Shown: positions 1-10,054 of the stretch, piece by piece | Layout of the letters: every line of letters begins with the position of its first letter | How positions within the stretch are numbered: the first letter of the stretch is position 1 | NCBI GenBank assembly: GCA_003135555.1 | Contig: PLCF01000025.1 | Span: 45,312 to 105,572, forward strand | DNA length: 60,261 bases | Source of the DNA: Vulcanimicrobiota bacterium | GTDB taxonomy: Bacteria > Vulcanimicrobiota > Vulcanimicrobiia > Vulcanimicrobiales > Vulcanimicrobiaceae | Direction: 5' to 3' | Position numbers and translations under genes: made by a program | Notes under the pieces: model-generated | What the model was told of the DNA's origin: nothing | Databases searched by the model: none | The model's input: the letters and a program-made list of their open reading frames with translations, nothing else

Positions 1-116
1 TGCCGCGCTTCCGCTACGACCGCCTGATGGACTTCGGGTGGAAAGTGCTGCTGCCGGTCGCGACGCTCAACCTGATCCTCACCGCCGTCGCCGTCGCGCT
101 GTGGCCGCATGCGTAA
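1..116 (+). CDS. nuoH: NADH-quinone oxidoreductase subunit H, 3' end (partial)
   Basis: Manual translation from base 3 gives [24 protein letters not shown]...PHA*, the conserved NuoH C-terminal motif; overlaps the nuoI start. Confidence 0.95.
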   Translation, partial: PRFRYDRLMDFGWKVLLPVATLNLILTAVAVALWPHA

Positions 117-732
117 GAACCTGTTCAACGTCGGCGCCATTTTCGCGGGGCTGGCGACGACGTTCGCGCACATGTTTCAGCGCAAGCCGACGATCCAGTA
201 CCCGTCGGTGAAGAAGCAGCACGCCCCGCGCTTCCACGGCCTGCACGAGCTGCGGCGCTACGGGGACGGTAAAGAGCGCTGCATCGGTTGCGAGCTGTGC
301 GCGATCGCCTGCCCGGCCAACGCGATCACGGTGATCGGCGCGGAGAATTCGCCCGAGGACCGGCGGTCGCCCGGCGAGCGCTACGCGGCACGTTACGAGA
401 TCGACGAGCTGCGCTGCATCTTCTGCGGCCTGTGTGAAGAGGCGTGTCCGACCGACGCGATCGTGCTCACGCCGCGCTTCGAGATGTCCGACTATCGGCG
501 CGGCGCGTTCGTGTACGCCAAGGATCGGCTGCTGGTACCGCTCGAGGCAGGGGTCGGCACCGCGCCCGACGAGCGTCCCAACGGCATCCCGGCCGATCTC
601 GGGGCGGTCGCGCGCATCAAGGACACCGTCGACATCGCCTCGGGCTACGAGGCGACCAACCGCGGCCACATCCTCAAGACGCAGCGGCGCGGGCTCGCGG
701 CGCTGCCGCCGAAGGGCCAGGGCGAGCGGTGA
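109..732 (+). CDS. nuoI: NADH-quinone oxidoreductase subunit I
   Basis: Two 4Fe-4S motifs [12 protein letters not shown] and [12 protein letters not shown]; position in nuo operon. Confidence 0.97.
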   Translation: MRKNLFNVGAIFAGLATTFAHMFQRKPTIQYPSVKKQHAPRFHGLHELRRYGDGKERCIGCELCAIACPANAITVIGAENSPEDRRSPGERYAARYEIDELRCIFCGLCEEACPTDAIVLTPRFEMSDYRRGAFVYAKDRLLVPLEAGVGTAPDERPNGIPADLGAVARIKDTVDIASGYEATNRGHILKTQRRGLAALPPKGQGER

Positions 733-1346
733 TCGCGTTTTGGATCTTGGCGCTGCTGATGATCGCCAGCGCGGTCTTCACCGTGACCGCGCGCCGGCCG
801 GTTCACTCGGTGGTCGGACTGCTGGTGAACTTCATCGCGCTGGCCGCGACGTACCTCACGCTGCAAGCCGAGTTCCTCGCGGTCATGCAGATCGTCGTCT
901 ACAGCGGCGCGATCCTGATCCTGTTCGTGTTCGTCATCGCGCTGCTGTCCAGCGGCGTGCGCCCGTTCGACGTCGGCCCCGACCGGATGCCGCGCATCCT
1001 GGTTCCGGCCGTCGTCTTCGCCGTGCTGACCTTGGCCGGGATCACGGTGACGGCGCTGCACACGCCGGTCACGGTGCTGCAGACCACCCCGACCAACGGC
1101 ACCACCGGCGACGCCGGCGCGTTCGGGAGTGTAGCCAATTTCGGCGTCGCGCTCTTCGCCGACAACCTGCTGGCGTTCGAGGTCACCGCCTTCATCCTCA
1201 TGGTCGCGGTGATCGGTGTGGTGCTGATCGCCGGCGACGAGGGGCCCGGCGGCGTGGTGCGGCGGCGCCCCAAGCGCGTCATCAAGCGCGAGCCGATCCT
1301 GAAGGCCCGGCCCCCTTCCCCTGAGCTCGTCGAAGGGTCAGGGTGA
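729..1346 (+). CDS. nuoJ: NADH-quinone oxidoreductase subunit J
   Basis: GTG start overlapping nuoI stop (GTGA); AEFLAVMQIVVYSGAILILFVFVI motif; hydrophobic. Confidence 0.95.
   Translation: MIAFWILALLMIASAVFTVTARRPVHSVVGLLVNFIALAATYLTLQAEFLAVMQIVVYSGAILILFVFVIALLSSGVRPFDVGPDRMPRILVPAVVFAVLTLAGITVTALHTPVTVLQTTPTNGTTGDAGAFGSVANFGVALFADNLLAFEVTAFILMVAVIGVVLIAGDEGPGGVVRRRPKRVIKREPILKARPPSPELVEGSG
1313..1346 (+). repeat. Short dispersed palindromic repeat copy (core CCCTGAGCTCGTCGAAGGG, 1319-1337) in frame in the nuoJ 3' end
   Basis: Related copies at 24288-24305, 24361-24380 (opposite strand) and 52075-52121. Confidence 0.6.
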
Positions 1347-1355
1347 TACGGTAGT

Positions 1356-1661
1356 ATGAACGTCGCACCCGAGAACTACGTCGCGCTCTCCGCGGTGCTG
1401 TTCTTCATCGGCGTCGTGGGCGTGATCGCGCGCCGCAATCCGCTCATCATGCTCATGTCGATCGAGCTGCTGTTCAACGCCGCGAACCTGGCGCTGGTCA
1501 CCTACGCGCGCGCCTGGGTCAACAACGCCGGCCACATCTTCGCTTTCCTGGTGATCACCGTCGCCGCGGCCGAAGCCGCGATCGGCCTGGCCATCGTCGC
1601 CGTGACCTTCCGCAAAGAGCCCTTCGTCGACGTCGACGAAGTCTCGGCGCTGCGGGGCTAG
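1356..1661 (+). CDS. nuoK: NADH-quinone oxidoreductase subunit K
   Basis: RRNPLIMLMSIELLFNAANL and VAAAEAAIGLAI motifs; 101 aa. Confidence 0.97.
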   Translation: MNVAPENYVALSAVLFFIGVVGVIARRNPLIMLMSIELLFNAANLALVTYARAWVNNAGHIFAFLVITVAAAEAAIGLAIVAVTFRKEPFVDVDEVSALRG

Positions 1662-1666
1662 CCACC

Positions 1667-3619
1667 ATGCTGCTGTATCTGGTGTGGCTGTTGCCCCTGG
1701 TCGGCGGTGTGGGGCTGTGGGCGTTCGGTCCGCAGCTCAAGTCGTGGGCCGGCCCGATCGGGTCGGCGCTGGTCGGCGTCTCGTTCATCGCGACGTTGTT
1801 CTTGTGGCGCGACGCGACCGCGGCCCGCGCGCTCGACGTGCCGTTGGGATCGTGGCTCCCGGGCTGGAGCTTCGGCCTGTTGCTCGACCGGCTCTCGCTG
1901 ATCTGGACGCTGATCATCACCGGCGTCGGGTTCCTGATCCACGTCTACTCGATCGGCTACATGGACCGGGACCGCGCCTTCGCCCGCTTTTTCGCCTACA
2001 TGAACTTCTTCGTGTTCGCGATGCTCACGCTGGTGCTCAGCGACAACGTCATCGGTTTGCTCGTCGGCTGGGGCCTGGTCGGGCTGGCGTCGTATTTCTT
2101 GATCGGCTTCTGGTTCTACAAGCCGACCGCCGTCGCGGCGGCGCGCAAGGCGTTCGTCATGAACGTGGTCGGCGACATCGGGATCATGTTCGCGATCTTT
2201 CTCATCGTCGCCAAATTGGGCGGGATCGGCTACGGCCTCATCTTCGCGAACGTCGGCTCGGCGTTCACCCCGCACGAGCTGTTTCTCGTGTGCCTCGGGC
2301 TGTTCATCGGCTGTGCGGCCAAGTCGGCGCAGATCCCGCTCCACAGCTGGCTGCCCGACGCGATGGAAGGACCGACGCCCGTCTCGGCGCTGATTCACGC
2401 CGCCACCATGGTCACCGCCGGCGTCTACCTGGTGGCCCGCTTCGCTCCGCTGTGGTCGGCTTCGCCCGACGCGCAGGAGCTCGTCGGCGCGATCGGCGCG
2501 CTCACCGCCATCGCCGGCGCGATCCTGGGCTGCGCGCAGTGGGACATCAAGCGGATTCTGGCCTACTCGACGATGTCCCAGATCGGCTACATGATCATGG
2601 GCGTCGGGATCGGCGCGTACGACGCCGGCGTATTTCACTTCCTCACCCACGCGTTCTTCAAAGCGCAGCTGTTCCTGGGTGCGGGGATCATCATCCACGC
2701 GCTCGCCGACGAGCAGGACGTGCGCCGCATGGGCGGCCTGCGCAAGCAGATGCCGTTCGCGTTCGCGGCGATGCTGGTCGGCGTGCTCGCCATCTCGGGC
2801 GTCCCCGGCCTGAGCGGGTTCTTCTCGAAGGACGCGGTTGTCTACGGAGCGCTCCAGACCGGGCATCCGTGGCTGTACGCGGTCGCCGTCGTCACCGCCG
2901 GGATCACCGCGTACTACATGTTCCGCCTGTTGTTCGTCACGTTTTTCGGCGCCTATCGCGGTGCGGTCGATCCCTCGGACCTGGGCATCCGGCATCCCGA
3001 GCTCGCCGGGACGGCGGCGAGTCCGGGCCATCATCCTGAAGAAGAAGAGCCGCACCCGCACGCTCCCGGCTGGCTGATGTCGGCACCCGTCGCGATCCTG
3101 ATCGTTCCGACGATCGCGATCGGCTGGCTCGACTTCGGCTCCAATTCGGCGTGGAAGCAATTCTTCGCCGGGTTCTTCCCGCGCGCGGCCGACGCGGCCG
3201 GCGCGGCCCCGATCTCCGAGGCGGTCTCGACGCTGCTGGTGCTGCTGGCCGTCGCGATCGGTTTCGCGGTCGCCTACGCGCGCTACGGCGCGCCGGCAGC
3301 GTTGCGCGGAGCGATAGCCCGGCTGCGCACCGAGACGATCCGCATGCCCGGCGTGCTGGTGAACGCCTATTACTTCGACGCCGCGTTCGAGGCGCTGCTG
3401 GTGCGGCCGGCGCGCGCGTTGGGCGGGTGGTTCGACCGCACCGTCGACCCGCACGTCATCGACGCAGGCGTGCGTGAGGCGGCGATCAGCGCGCAGTGGC
3501 TGGGGCATTTGTTCCGCAGCTTCCAGACCGGCCTCGTGCGCGCGTATGCGCTCACGCTGGCGTTCGGCGTCGCGTGCATCGTGGCGTACTACGCGCTGGC
3601 GTTCGGAGGCGGCCGATGA
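1667..3619 (+). CDS. nuoL: NADH-quinone oxidoreductase subunit L
   Basis: AKSAQIPLHSWLPDAMEGPTPVSALIHAATMVTAGVYL motif. Confidence 0.97.
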   Translation: MLLYLVWLLPLVGGVGLWAFGPQLKSWAGPIGSALVGVSFIATLFLWRDATAARALDVPLGSWLPGWSFGLLLDRLSLIWTLIITGVGFLIHVYSIGYMDRDRAFARFFAYMNFFVFAMLTLVLSDNVIGLLVGWGLVGLASYFLIGFWFYKPTAVAAARKAFVMNVVGDIGIMFAIFLIVAKLGGIGYGLIFANVGSAFTPHELFLVCLGLFIGCAAKSAQIPLHSWLPDAMEGPTPVSALIHAATMVTAGVYLVARFAPLWSASPDAQELVGAIGALTAIAGAILGCAQWDIKRILAYSTMSQIGYMIMGVGIGAYDAGVFHFLTHAFFKAQLFLGAGIIIHALADEQDVRRMGGLRKQMPFAFAAMLVGVLAISGVPGLSGFFSKDAVVYGALQTGHPWLYAVAVVTAGITAYYMFRLLFVTFFGAYRGAVDPSDLGIRHPELAGTAASPGHHPEEEEPHPHAPGWLMSAPVAILIVPTIAIGWLDFGSNSAWKQFFAGFFPRAADAAGAAPISEAVSTLLVLLAVAIGFAVAYARYGAPAALRGAIARLRTETIRMPGVLVNAYYFDAAFEALLVRPARALGGWFDRTVDPHVIDAGVREAAISAQWLGHLFRSFQTGLVRAYALTLAFGVACIVAYYALAFGGGR

Positions 3620-5079
3620 CCGTTACGGCGCTCGTGCTGGGGCCGCTCGTGATCGGCTTGTTGCTCTACCTGGTGCCGCGCGAGCACGGCGGCATCGCCC
3701 GGCTCGTCGCCGTCGCGGTGGGAGCGATTTCCTTCGGGCTGGCGCTGTACGATCCGGCGGCGGGCGACGCATCGGTGCGTTGGCTCTCACGACCGTTCGC
3801 CGCGTCGTTTCATCTCGGCTTCGGCCCGGTATCGTACTGGATCGTCGTGTTGCTCGCGCTGGCGACCTTCGGCGCCGCGCTGGCGGTGACCGGGCCGCGC
3901 TCGCGCGCGCTCGCGGCGCAGTTGTTGATCCTGCAGGGTGCGATGAACGGCGTGTTCCTGGCCAAAGACCTGCTGTTGTTCGCGCTGTTCTGGGACCTGA
4001 TGCTGATCCCGGTCTTCCTGGTGCTCGTCGAGTTCGCACCGCACGGCCGCACGGCCTGGAAGTACCTGATCTACAACCTGGCCGGCGGTCTGGCGCTGTT
4101 GCTGGCCACCGCGGCGTTCGGCTACCTCGCCACCACGACCGACGTGATCGGCAAGAGCCTTCCCGCGGGCACCATCGGCAGCGTGTGGGGCGCGTGGATC
4201 TTCGCCGGCTTCGCGTTCGCGTTCTTGATCAAGACGCCGGTCTTCCCGTTTCACACCTGGATGCCCGAGACGTACGCCGAGCTGCCGGCGCCGATGGTCG
4301 CGGTCGTCTCGGCGGTGCAGTCCAAGGCCGGGCTGTACGGGTTCTTGATTGTCGGTTTGCCGTTCCTCGCACCGGAGATGGCGCGGGCCCAGACCCTGAT
4401 GTTCGCGTTGGGCGCGATCGCGCTGATCTACGGCGCCCTCGCGTCGCTGGTCGAACGCGACGCCAAGCGCGTCGTCGCCTACAGCTCGCTCTCGCATCTG
4501 GGGCTCATCGTGCTGGCGGTGTTCAGCGGCTCGAACCTGGCGATCGCGGGCGCGGTCGTCTACATCGTCGCGCACGGCTTGTTCAGCGCGGTGCTGTTCC
4601 TCGCGCTGGGCGCGGTCGAGCAGCGCGAAGAGACGCGCGACTTGGCGCGCTTGGGCGGCCTGGGTGCGCGTAACCCCAAGCTCGCCGGGGCGTTGATGCT
4701 CGGCGCGCTCGCGGCTTTAGGTCTGCCGGGGCTGGCGGGGTTCAGCGGCGAGATCCTGATCCTGACCGGTCTCTATCGCGCGGGCTTCGTCTGGCCGGCG
4801 CTCGTCGCGCTCGTCGCCGTCGTGCTCGCTTCGGCCTACATGCTGCGGCTGTTCCAAGGCATCATGAACGGCCCCGAAGTCCCCGACCTGCCGGAGCGGC
4901 GCGACATGACCTGGACCGAAGCGCTGGCGATCGCGCCGCTCGTCGCCGGCTTCGTGCTGCTGGGCATCAACCCGGCGCCGCTCGTCGCGCGCGCCGCAGC
5001 GCTCGCGCAGCCCGCGCCGCCCGCGCTGGTGTCGGTGCGCGCCGTCCCGGAGGACTCGCATGCTGCCGGCGCTCGCTAA
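3616..5079 (+). CDS. nuoM: NADH-quinone oxidoreductase subunit M
   Basis: ATGA overlap with nuoL; IKTPVFPFHTWMP and KRVVAYSSLSHLG motifs. Confidence 0.95.
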   Translation: MTVTALVLGPLVIGLLLYLVPREHGGIARLVAVAVGAISFGLALYDPAAGDASVRWLSRPFAASFHLGFGPVSYWIVVLLALATFGAALAVTGPRSRALAAQLLILQGAMNGVFLAKDLLLFALFWDLMLIPVFLVLVEFAPHGRTAWKYLIYNLAGGLALLLATAAFGYLATTTDVIGKSLPAGTIGSVWGAWIFAGFAFAFLIKTPVFPFHTWMPETYAELPAPMVAVVSAVQSKAGLYGFLIVGLPFLAPEMARAQTLMFALGAIALIYGALASLVERDAKRVVAYSSLSHLGLIVLAVFSGSNLAIAGAVVYIVAHGLFSAVLFLALGAVEQREETRDLARLGGLGARNPKLAGALMLGALAALGLPGLAGFSGEILILTGLYRAGFVWPALVALVAVVLASAYMLRLFQGIMNGPEVPDLPERRDMTWTEALAIAPLVAGFVLLGINPAPLVARAAALAQPAPPALVSVRAVPEDSHAAGAR

Positions 5080-6502
5080 CATCCCGACCGGCGCTGACTA
5101 CGCCGCGCTGTTGCCGGCCTTCGTCGTCGCCGTCACCCCGCTGTTGATCCTGTTCGTGGACCTGTTCTATCGCGAGAGCGGTCCGTGGCGCCGCGTCGTC
5201 GCGGTCGGTCTCGCGCTGGTCTGGCTCATCGTGGCGGGCGCGCTCCAAGCCGGACAGTATCCGCACGACTACGTCGCGTTCGGCGGGGCGTTCGTGCAAG
5301 GCGGGTTCTCGATCGTCTTGAGCGAGATCGTGATCGTCGCGACGATCGCAACGCTGCTGCTGTCGATCGGGGTCGGCCGCGACGACCAAGTGGCCGGAAC
5401 GACCTCGCTGTTGCTGTGGAGCGCCAGCGGCGCGATGCTGATGTCGGGCGCGTCCAACCTGATGACGGTCTTCCTGGGGCTCGAGCTGCTCTCGCTCGCG
5501 CTGTACTGCCTGTGCGCGATGTCGACCCGGCGCACCGCCCGCGAGTCGGCGCTCAAGTACCTCATCTTGTCCTCGATGGCGTCGGGCTTCTTGCTCTACG
5601 GTTCGGCGCTGCTGTTCGGTGCGACGGGCTCGGTGGCGTTCGCGGCGCTCGCGAGCGCGACGGTGACGCCGCTGCTCGCGCTGGGCGCCGGGCTCTTCAT
5701 GGTCGGGCTGGCGTTCAAGCTGAGCCTCGTCCCGTTCCACGCCTGGACGCCCGACGTGTACGAGGGTGCGCCGCTGCCGGTCACGGCGTTCATGTCGATC
5801 GTGACCAAGGCCGGGACGCTCGCCGTGCTGGCGCGCTTCGCCTACGCGGCGCTGCCGTCGGAGCATCGTGCCGCGGTGCTGCTTCCGCTCTGGGTGCTCG
5901 CCGCGCTGTCGATGCTGGTGGGGAATCTCGCCGCGCTCGCGCAGACCGACATGAAACGGCTGCTGGCGTATTCGGGGATCGCGCAGGTCGGGTACATCGT
6001 CACCGCGTTTGCCGGCACCAGCGCGCTCGGCTTGCGCTACGCGATCCTGTATCTGGCCGGCTATACGTTCATGAACCTGGGCGCGTTCGCGGTCGTCGCG
6101 CTGATGGCGCGCGACGGTGACGCGATCGTCGGCCTGCCCCGTTTCGCCGGGCTGGCCGCGCGCCGGCCGTGGCTGGCGGCAGCGATGACGCTGTTCTTGA
6201 TCGGCCTGGCCGGCCTGCCGCCGACGATCGGCTTCACCGCCAAGATTCTGATCCTCACCACCACGCTGGGCGCCGGCTACGCGTGGCTGGCCGGGACGCT
6301 GATCCTCGGCACCGCGATCTCGGCCTACGTGTATCTCAAGATCGTGCGCGCGATGTTCGCCCGCGTCGACGCCGCCCACGTGCGCGACGAACGCTCGCCC
6401 AACGTGCTGCCCTGGGTCGCGGTCGCCGTGTGCGCGGTAGCGACGGTCGTCCTGGGCCTCCAACCGCTGACCCCGTCGAACATTCTGCCGCTCGTCAAAT
6501 GA
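5060..6502 (+). CDS. nuoN: NADH-quinone oxidoreductase subunit N
   Basis: ESALKYLIL and FKLSLVPFHAWTPDVYEGAP motifs; GGAGGA RBS. Confidence 0.97.
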   Translation: MLPALANIPTGADYAALLPAFVVAVTPLLILFVDLFYRESGPWRRVVAVGLALVWLIVAGALQAGQYPHDYVAFGGAFVQGGFSIVLSEIVIVATIATLLLSIGVGRDDQVAGTTSLLLWSASGAMLMSGASNLMTVFLGLELLSLALYCLCAMSTRRTARESALKYLILSSMASGFLLYGSALLFGATGSVAFAALASATVTPLLALGAGLFMVGLAFKLSLVPFHAWTPDVYEGAPLPVTAFMSIVTKAGTLAVLARFAYAALPSEHRAAVLLPLWVLAALSMLVGNLAALAQTDMKRLLAYSGIAQVGYIVTAFAGTSALGLRYAILYLAGYTFMNLGAFAVVALMARDGDAIVGLPRFAGLAARRPWLAAAMTLFLIGLAGLPPTIGFTAKILILTTTLGAGYAWLAGTLILGTAISAYVYLKIVRAMFARVDAAHVRDERSPNVLPWVAVAVCAVATVVLGLQPLTPSNILPLVK

Positions 6503-6957
6503 TCACGCTGCGCGACGCGCGCGCCGACGACGAAGCGTTCGTCGCCGGACTCGTACCACGCTTCGTCGAGCACGGGGCGGCCGACGGGCACACCACGGCC
6601 GAGGTGATCGACGGCACGCGCCGGGTATTGCGCGAAGCGTTGCGCAACGGGCGGCCCGGCGCGGTCTTCCTCATCGCCGAGGACGACGCCGGCGAGCGCG
6701 CCGGCTTCGTCTATGCGGTGGTCGAATCCGACTTCTTCACCGCAGAGTCCTACCTGCACATCTCCGAGCTCGCGACGGCGCGCAGCGGCGCGGGCGTCGG
6801 CGCCGCGCTGATGGCCGCCGTCGAAGCGCGGGCGCGCGAGCGCAACTACCGCTTCGTGAGCCTCAACGTTGTCGACGAGAACGCCGCGGCGCGCCGGCTC
6901 TACGAACGGCTCGGCTACGGCCTGGGTCACCGCCACTACGTCAAACGGCTGACCTGA
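6499..6957 (+). CDS. GNAT family N-acetyltransferase
   Basis: ATGA overlap with nuoN; GAGVGAALM and NAAARRLYERLGY GNAT motifs. Confidence 0.85.
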   Translation: MITLRDARADDEAFVAGLVPRFVEHGAADGHTTAEVIDGTRRVLREALRNGRPGAVFLIAEDDAGERAGFVYAVVESDFFTAESYLHISELATARSGAGVGAALMAAVEARARERNYRFVSLNVVDENAAARRLYERLGYGLGHRHYVKRLT

Positions 6958-6963
6958 TCCGAG

Positions 6964-7788
6964 CTAGACCCTCACCTTGGCGCGCCGCTTGCCGGCCGAC
7001 AGTGCCAGCTCGGCGATCTGTGCGGTCAGCGGATCGTTGGGATCGGCCAGGCGTTCGAACAGCGAGAAGTGGTTGTCGTCGGTTTCGGCAAACGAGGTTT
7101 CACAATCGTGTGCGGCCCAGGCGTCGGCGAACTCGCGCCCCAGCGCCTTGAACTCCTCGCTCTCGCGGCTCCCGGTGCGCGCCAGCACGGTCGTCGGCGC
7201 GGCTGGCGAGAGCAGCGTGGGGCTCAGGGCGGCGGCCCGCGCCGCGTCGAGCCCCAACCACTCTTGGGCGAACGACGTGACGAACGGGCGCAGATCGTGC
7301 AGACCGCTCAGCGTCGCGACCGCGGCGACGGGCGCGTCGACGGCGCACATCGCCGCTAGCTGGCCGCCGGCCGAGTGACCGGCGACGACGATGCGCGACG
7401 GATCCGCGCCGTGTTCCTTCGCGTTGGCGCGCAGCCAAGCGACGGAGCGCCGCGCCTGCGCGACGATCTCCTCGAGCCGGACCGCCGGGGCGAGACCGTA
7501 GTTCACGATCGCCGTCGCGACGCCGTGCGGCGCAAAGCCGCCGGCGACGAAGGTCGCGTCGTCCTTGTGCAGCCGGCGCCAGTAGCCGCCGTGAAAGAAC
7601 ACGATGAGCGGCGCCCCGGTGTGCGGAACGATCAGGTCGAGCGTCTCGTCGGCGGATCGGCCGTATGGCAGGTCGCGCGCGTGCAGCGTGTGCGCGCGCA
7701 GATGGTCGCTCCAGGCGCGCCAGCGGCGGAAGAAGACGGTGACGTCGGGGACCGTCGCCGAGGCGTCGTACGGATCGGCGCTGGTCAC
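6964..7788 (-). CDS. Alpha/beta hydrolase, arylformamidase (kynurenine formamidase)-like
   Basis: HGGYW oxyanion motif, GHSAGG nucleophile elbow, C-terminal NHF; GTG start overlaps upstream stop. Confidence 0.8.
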   Translation of the reverse strand: MTSADPYDASATVPDVTVFFRRWRAWSDHLRAHTLHARDLPYGRSADETLDLIVPHTGAPLIVFFHGGYWRRLHKDDATFVAGGFAPHGVATAIVNYGLAPAVRLEEIVAQARRSVAWLRANAKEHGADPSRIVVAGHSAGGQLAAMCAVDAPVAAVATLSGLHDLRPFVTSFAQEWLGLDAARAAALSPTLLSPAAPTTVLARTGSRESEEFKALGREFADAWAAHDCETSFAETDDNHFSLFERLADPNDPLTAQIAELALSAGKRRAKVRV

Positions 7789-8309
7789 CGCGGCAACCCG
7801 AATTGCAAGACGTCGACCTTGCCTGCAGCGTTCCAGCCGATCGTCTGTTCGATCGCCGGCGCGTGCTCGCACTCGATCTTGAACACGTACAGGGCCGCGG
7901 CGCCGTTGGTGACCTTACGGACCTGGACGAACCGGCGCACCTCGCCGAGGCGCCGCAGGCTCGCCGCCGCGTCGGCGAGCGCCGCGTCGGTGATCTTCTC
8001 GTTCAGCTCCGAGGTGTAGTGCGTGCGGTCGATGCGCCCGGCGCGGTTGGCTTCGAACTCGGCGCGCGCGCGCGCCGCGATCTCCGGCGACGGCAGCGAG
8101 GCGGCAACCGGGGACTCGGCAGGTTCGGCGGCGGCGGGCCCCTCGGGTCCGGCGTCGGCGCGCACGAGCACGCGGCCGATGGCCGAGCCCGGGATCGTCA
8201 GCGGCGCTTCGCGCGGCGGCCGCAGCTCGCGGTGCGGCGGCGCGGCGGCGAGCGCGGGGGCAGCGAGCCCGGTGAGAAGCAGGCCCACGAGCAGGCGCCG
8301 CACGATCAT
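7785..8309 (-). CDS. Hypothetical exported protein
   Basis: Signal peptide MIVRRLLVGLLLTGLAAPALA, Pro/Ala linker, small C-terminal domain; coupled to hydrolase. Confidence 0.65.
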   Translation of the reverse strand: MIVRRLLVGLLLTGLAAPALAAAPPHRELRPPREAPLTIPGSAIGRVLVRADAGPEGPAAAEPAESPVAASLPSPEIAARARAEFEANRAGRIDRTHYTSELNEKITDAALADAAASLRRLGEVRRFVQVRKVTNGAAALYVFKIECEHAPAIEQTIGWNAAGKVDVLQFGLPR

Positions 8310-8337
8310 CGCCGGGCACTTCCACCTCGAAAGAACG

Positions 8338-8370
8338 GAGCCCCCCGCTTTCACGGGGGACTCATCTTTT
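8338..8370. terminator. GC-rich hairpin with T-rich flanks, possible bidirectional terminator
   Basis: GAGCCCCCCG-CTTTCA-CGGGGGACTC followed by ATCTTTT on + and CGTTCTTT on -. Confidence 0.4.
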
Positions 8371-8445
8371 GGCGGTATCAGCTACGGGAGATGCTGGTGA
8401 AGGTCACGCCTGGCCAGCGGCGGATCGGCCGCAGGCCGAACGCGA

Positions 8446-8470
8446 GTGTTCGCGCACGTTGCGCGAACAC
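8446..8470 (-). terminator. Perfect 11-bp hairpin immediately after fumC stop
   Basis: GTGTTCGCGCA-CGT-TGCGCGAACAC; no U tract, so terminator or RNA-stabilising stem. Confidence 0.45.
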
Positions 8471-8471
8471 A

Positions 8472-9899
8472 CTAGGGATGCGTCATGTTGACCGGGACGA
8501 CGAACTTGTCGAAGTCCTCGCTGCCGATGTACCCCAGCGACAGGGCAGCTTCTTTGAGCGTGCTCCCGTCGTGATGCGCTTTTTTCGCGATCTCGGCAGC
8601 CTTGTCGTAGCCGATCTTGGGCGTGAGCGCGGTGACGGTCATCAGCGATTCACCGAGATACTTTGCGATCACCGGTTCGTTCGCCTCGAGCCCCTCGACC
8701 GCGTGCTCCCGGAACATCGTGCAAGCGTCCTGCAACAACCGGCACGAGTGCAGGAAGTTGTAGATCATCACCGGGTTGAACACGTTGAGCTCGAAATTAC
8801 CCTGCGAGCCGCCGAACCCGATCGCGACGTCGTTGCCGAACACCTGGACGCACACCATCGTGAGCGCTTCGGACTGGGTCGGGTTCACTTTGCCGGGCAT
8901 GATCGACGAACCGGGCTCGTTCTCGGGCAGGATCAACTCGCCGATCCCCGCGCGCGGACCCGACGCGAGCCAGCGAATGTCGTTGGCGATCTTCATCAAC
9001 GACGCGGCCAGCGTCTTGAGCGAGCCCGAAGCGGCGACGACCTCGTCGTGCGAGGCCAGCGCTGCGAACTTGTTGGGATGCGAGCGGAACGGCAACGCCG
9101 TCAGCTCCGCGATCTTGCGGGCGGCGCGTTCGGCGAACTCAGGATGCGCGTTGAGCCCGGTACCGACCGCCGTCCCGCCGATCGCGAGATCGTAGAGGTC
9201 GTCGAGCGATTCGCGCAGGCGCTCCAGATCGCGGTCGAGCTGGCTCACGTAGCCGGAGAACTCTTGGCCCAGCGTCAGCGGCGTGGCATCCTGAAGGTGC
9301 GTTCGGCCGACCTTCACGATGTCGGTCCAGCCTTTCGCCTTCGCGTCGAGCGCGTCGCGCAGTTGCTCGACCGCGGGGAGCAGCTTGACCATCGCCTCGG
9401 CGGCGGCCATGTGCATCGCGGTCGGAAACGTGTCGTTCGAGGACTGCGACATGTTGACGTGGTCGTTGGGGTGAACCGGCTTCTTCGAGCCCATCTCGCC
9501 GCCCGCGATCTCGATCGCGCGGTTCGAGATCACCTCGTTGACGTTCATGTTCGTCTGAGTGCCCGAACCGGTCTGCCAAACACGCAGCGGGAAATGGTCC
9601 TGCAGCTTGCCGGAGATGACTTCGTCGGCGGCTTGCACGATCAACTTCGTCTTTTCGTCGTCGAGCTTGCCGAGGTCGCGGTTCACCAGCGCGGCCGCTT
9701 TCTTGAGCACCGCCATCGCGCGAATGATCTCGCGCGGCATGACGTCGCGCGGCGTCGAGTCGTCGCCGATGTCGAAATGGATCAGCGAGCGGGCGGATTG
9801 AGCCCCGTAATACTTGTCCGCCGGGACGTCGATCTTCCCCATCGAGTCGGTCTCGACGCGGGGGTGCGCGATCGAGCCGTTCGTCTGCGTGGTCGCCAT
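8472..9899 (-). CDS. fumC: Class II fumarate hydratase
   Basis: [15 protein letters not shown] signature, [26 protein letters not shown]; start at MATTQTNG. Confidence 0.97.
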   Translation of the reverse strand: MATTQTNGSIAHPRVETDSMGKIDVPADKYYGAQSARSLIHFDIGDDSTPRDVMPREIIRAMAVLKKAAALVNRDLGKLDDEKTKLIVQAADEVISGKLQDHFPLRVWQTGSGTQTNMNVNEVISNRAIEIAGGEMGSKKPVHPNDHVNMSQSSNDTFPTAMHMAAAEAMVKLLPAVEQLRDALDAKAKGWTDIVKVGRTHLQDATPLTLGQEFSGYVSQLDRDLERLRESLDDLYDLAIGGTAVGTGLNAHPEFAERAARKIAELTALPFRSHPNKFAALASHDEVVAASGSLKTLAASLMKIANDIRWLASGPRAGIGELILPENEPGSSIMPGKVNPTQSEALTMVCVQVFGNDVAIGFGGSQGNFELNVFNPVMIYNFLHSCRLLQDACTMFREHAVEGLEANEPVIAKYLGESLMTVTALTPKIGYDKAAEIAKKAHHDGSTLKEAALSLGYIGSEDFDKFVVPVNMTHP

Positions 9900-10054
9900 A
9901 ACGCCGGACGCTTCGGCGGCCCGGGGCGCGGGCACTCCGCGAGAAAGGTCGCAGTCCGGGCCCGCCCGGCGGTCGCCCGGCCGCGTTGTTCTAGGCCATC
10001 GGGGCGTCGACAATGTATACTTTAGTCGGTCCCACCCTCGGGAGGAGCGTCTTT

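Noticed and set aside
1313..1343. H-type pseudoknot or frameshift signal at the end of nuoJ
   Set aside because: Zero-length crossing loops make both stems unlikely together; better explained as nested repeat copies
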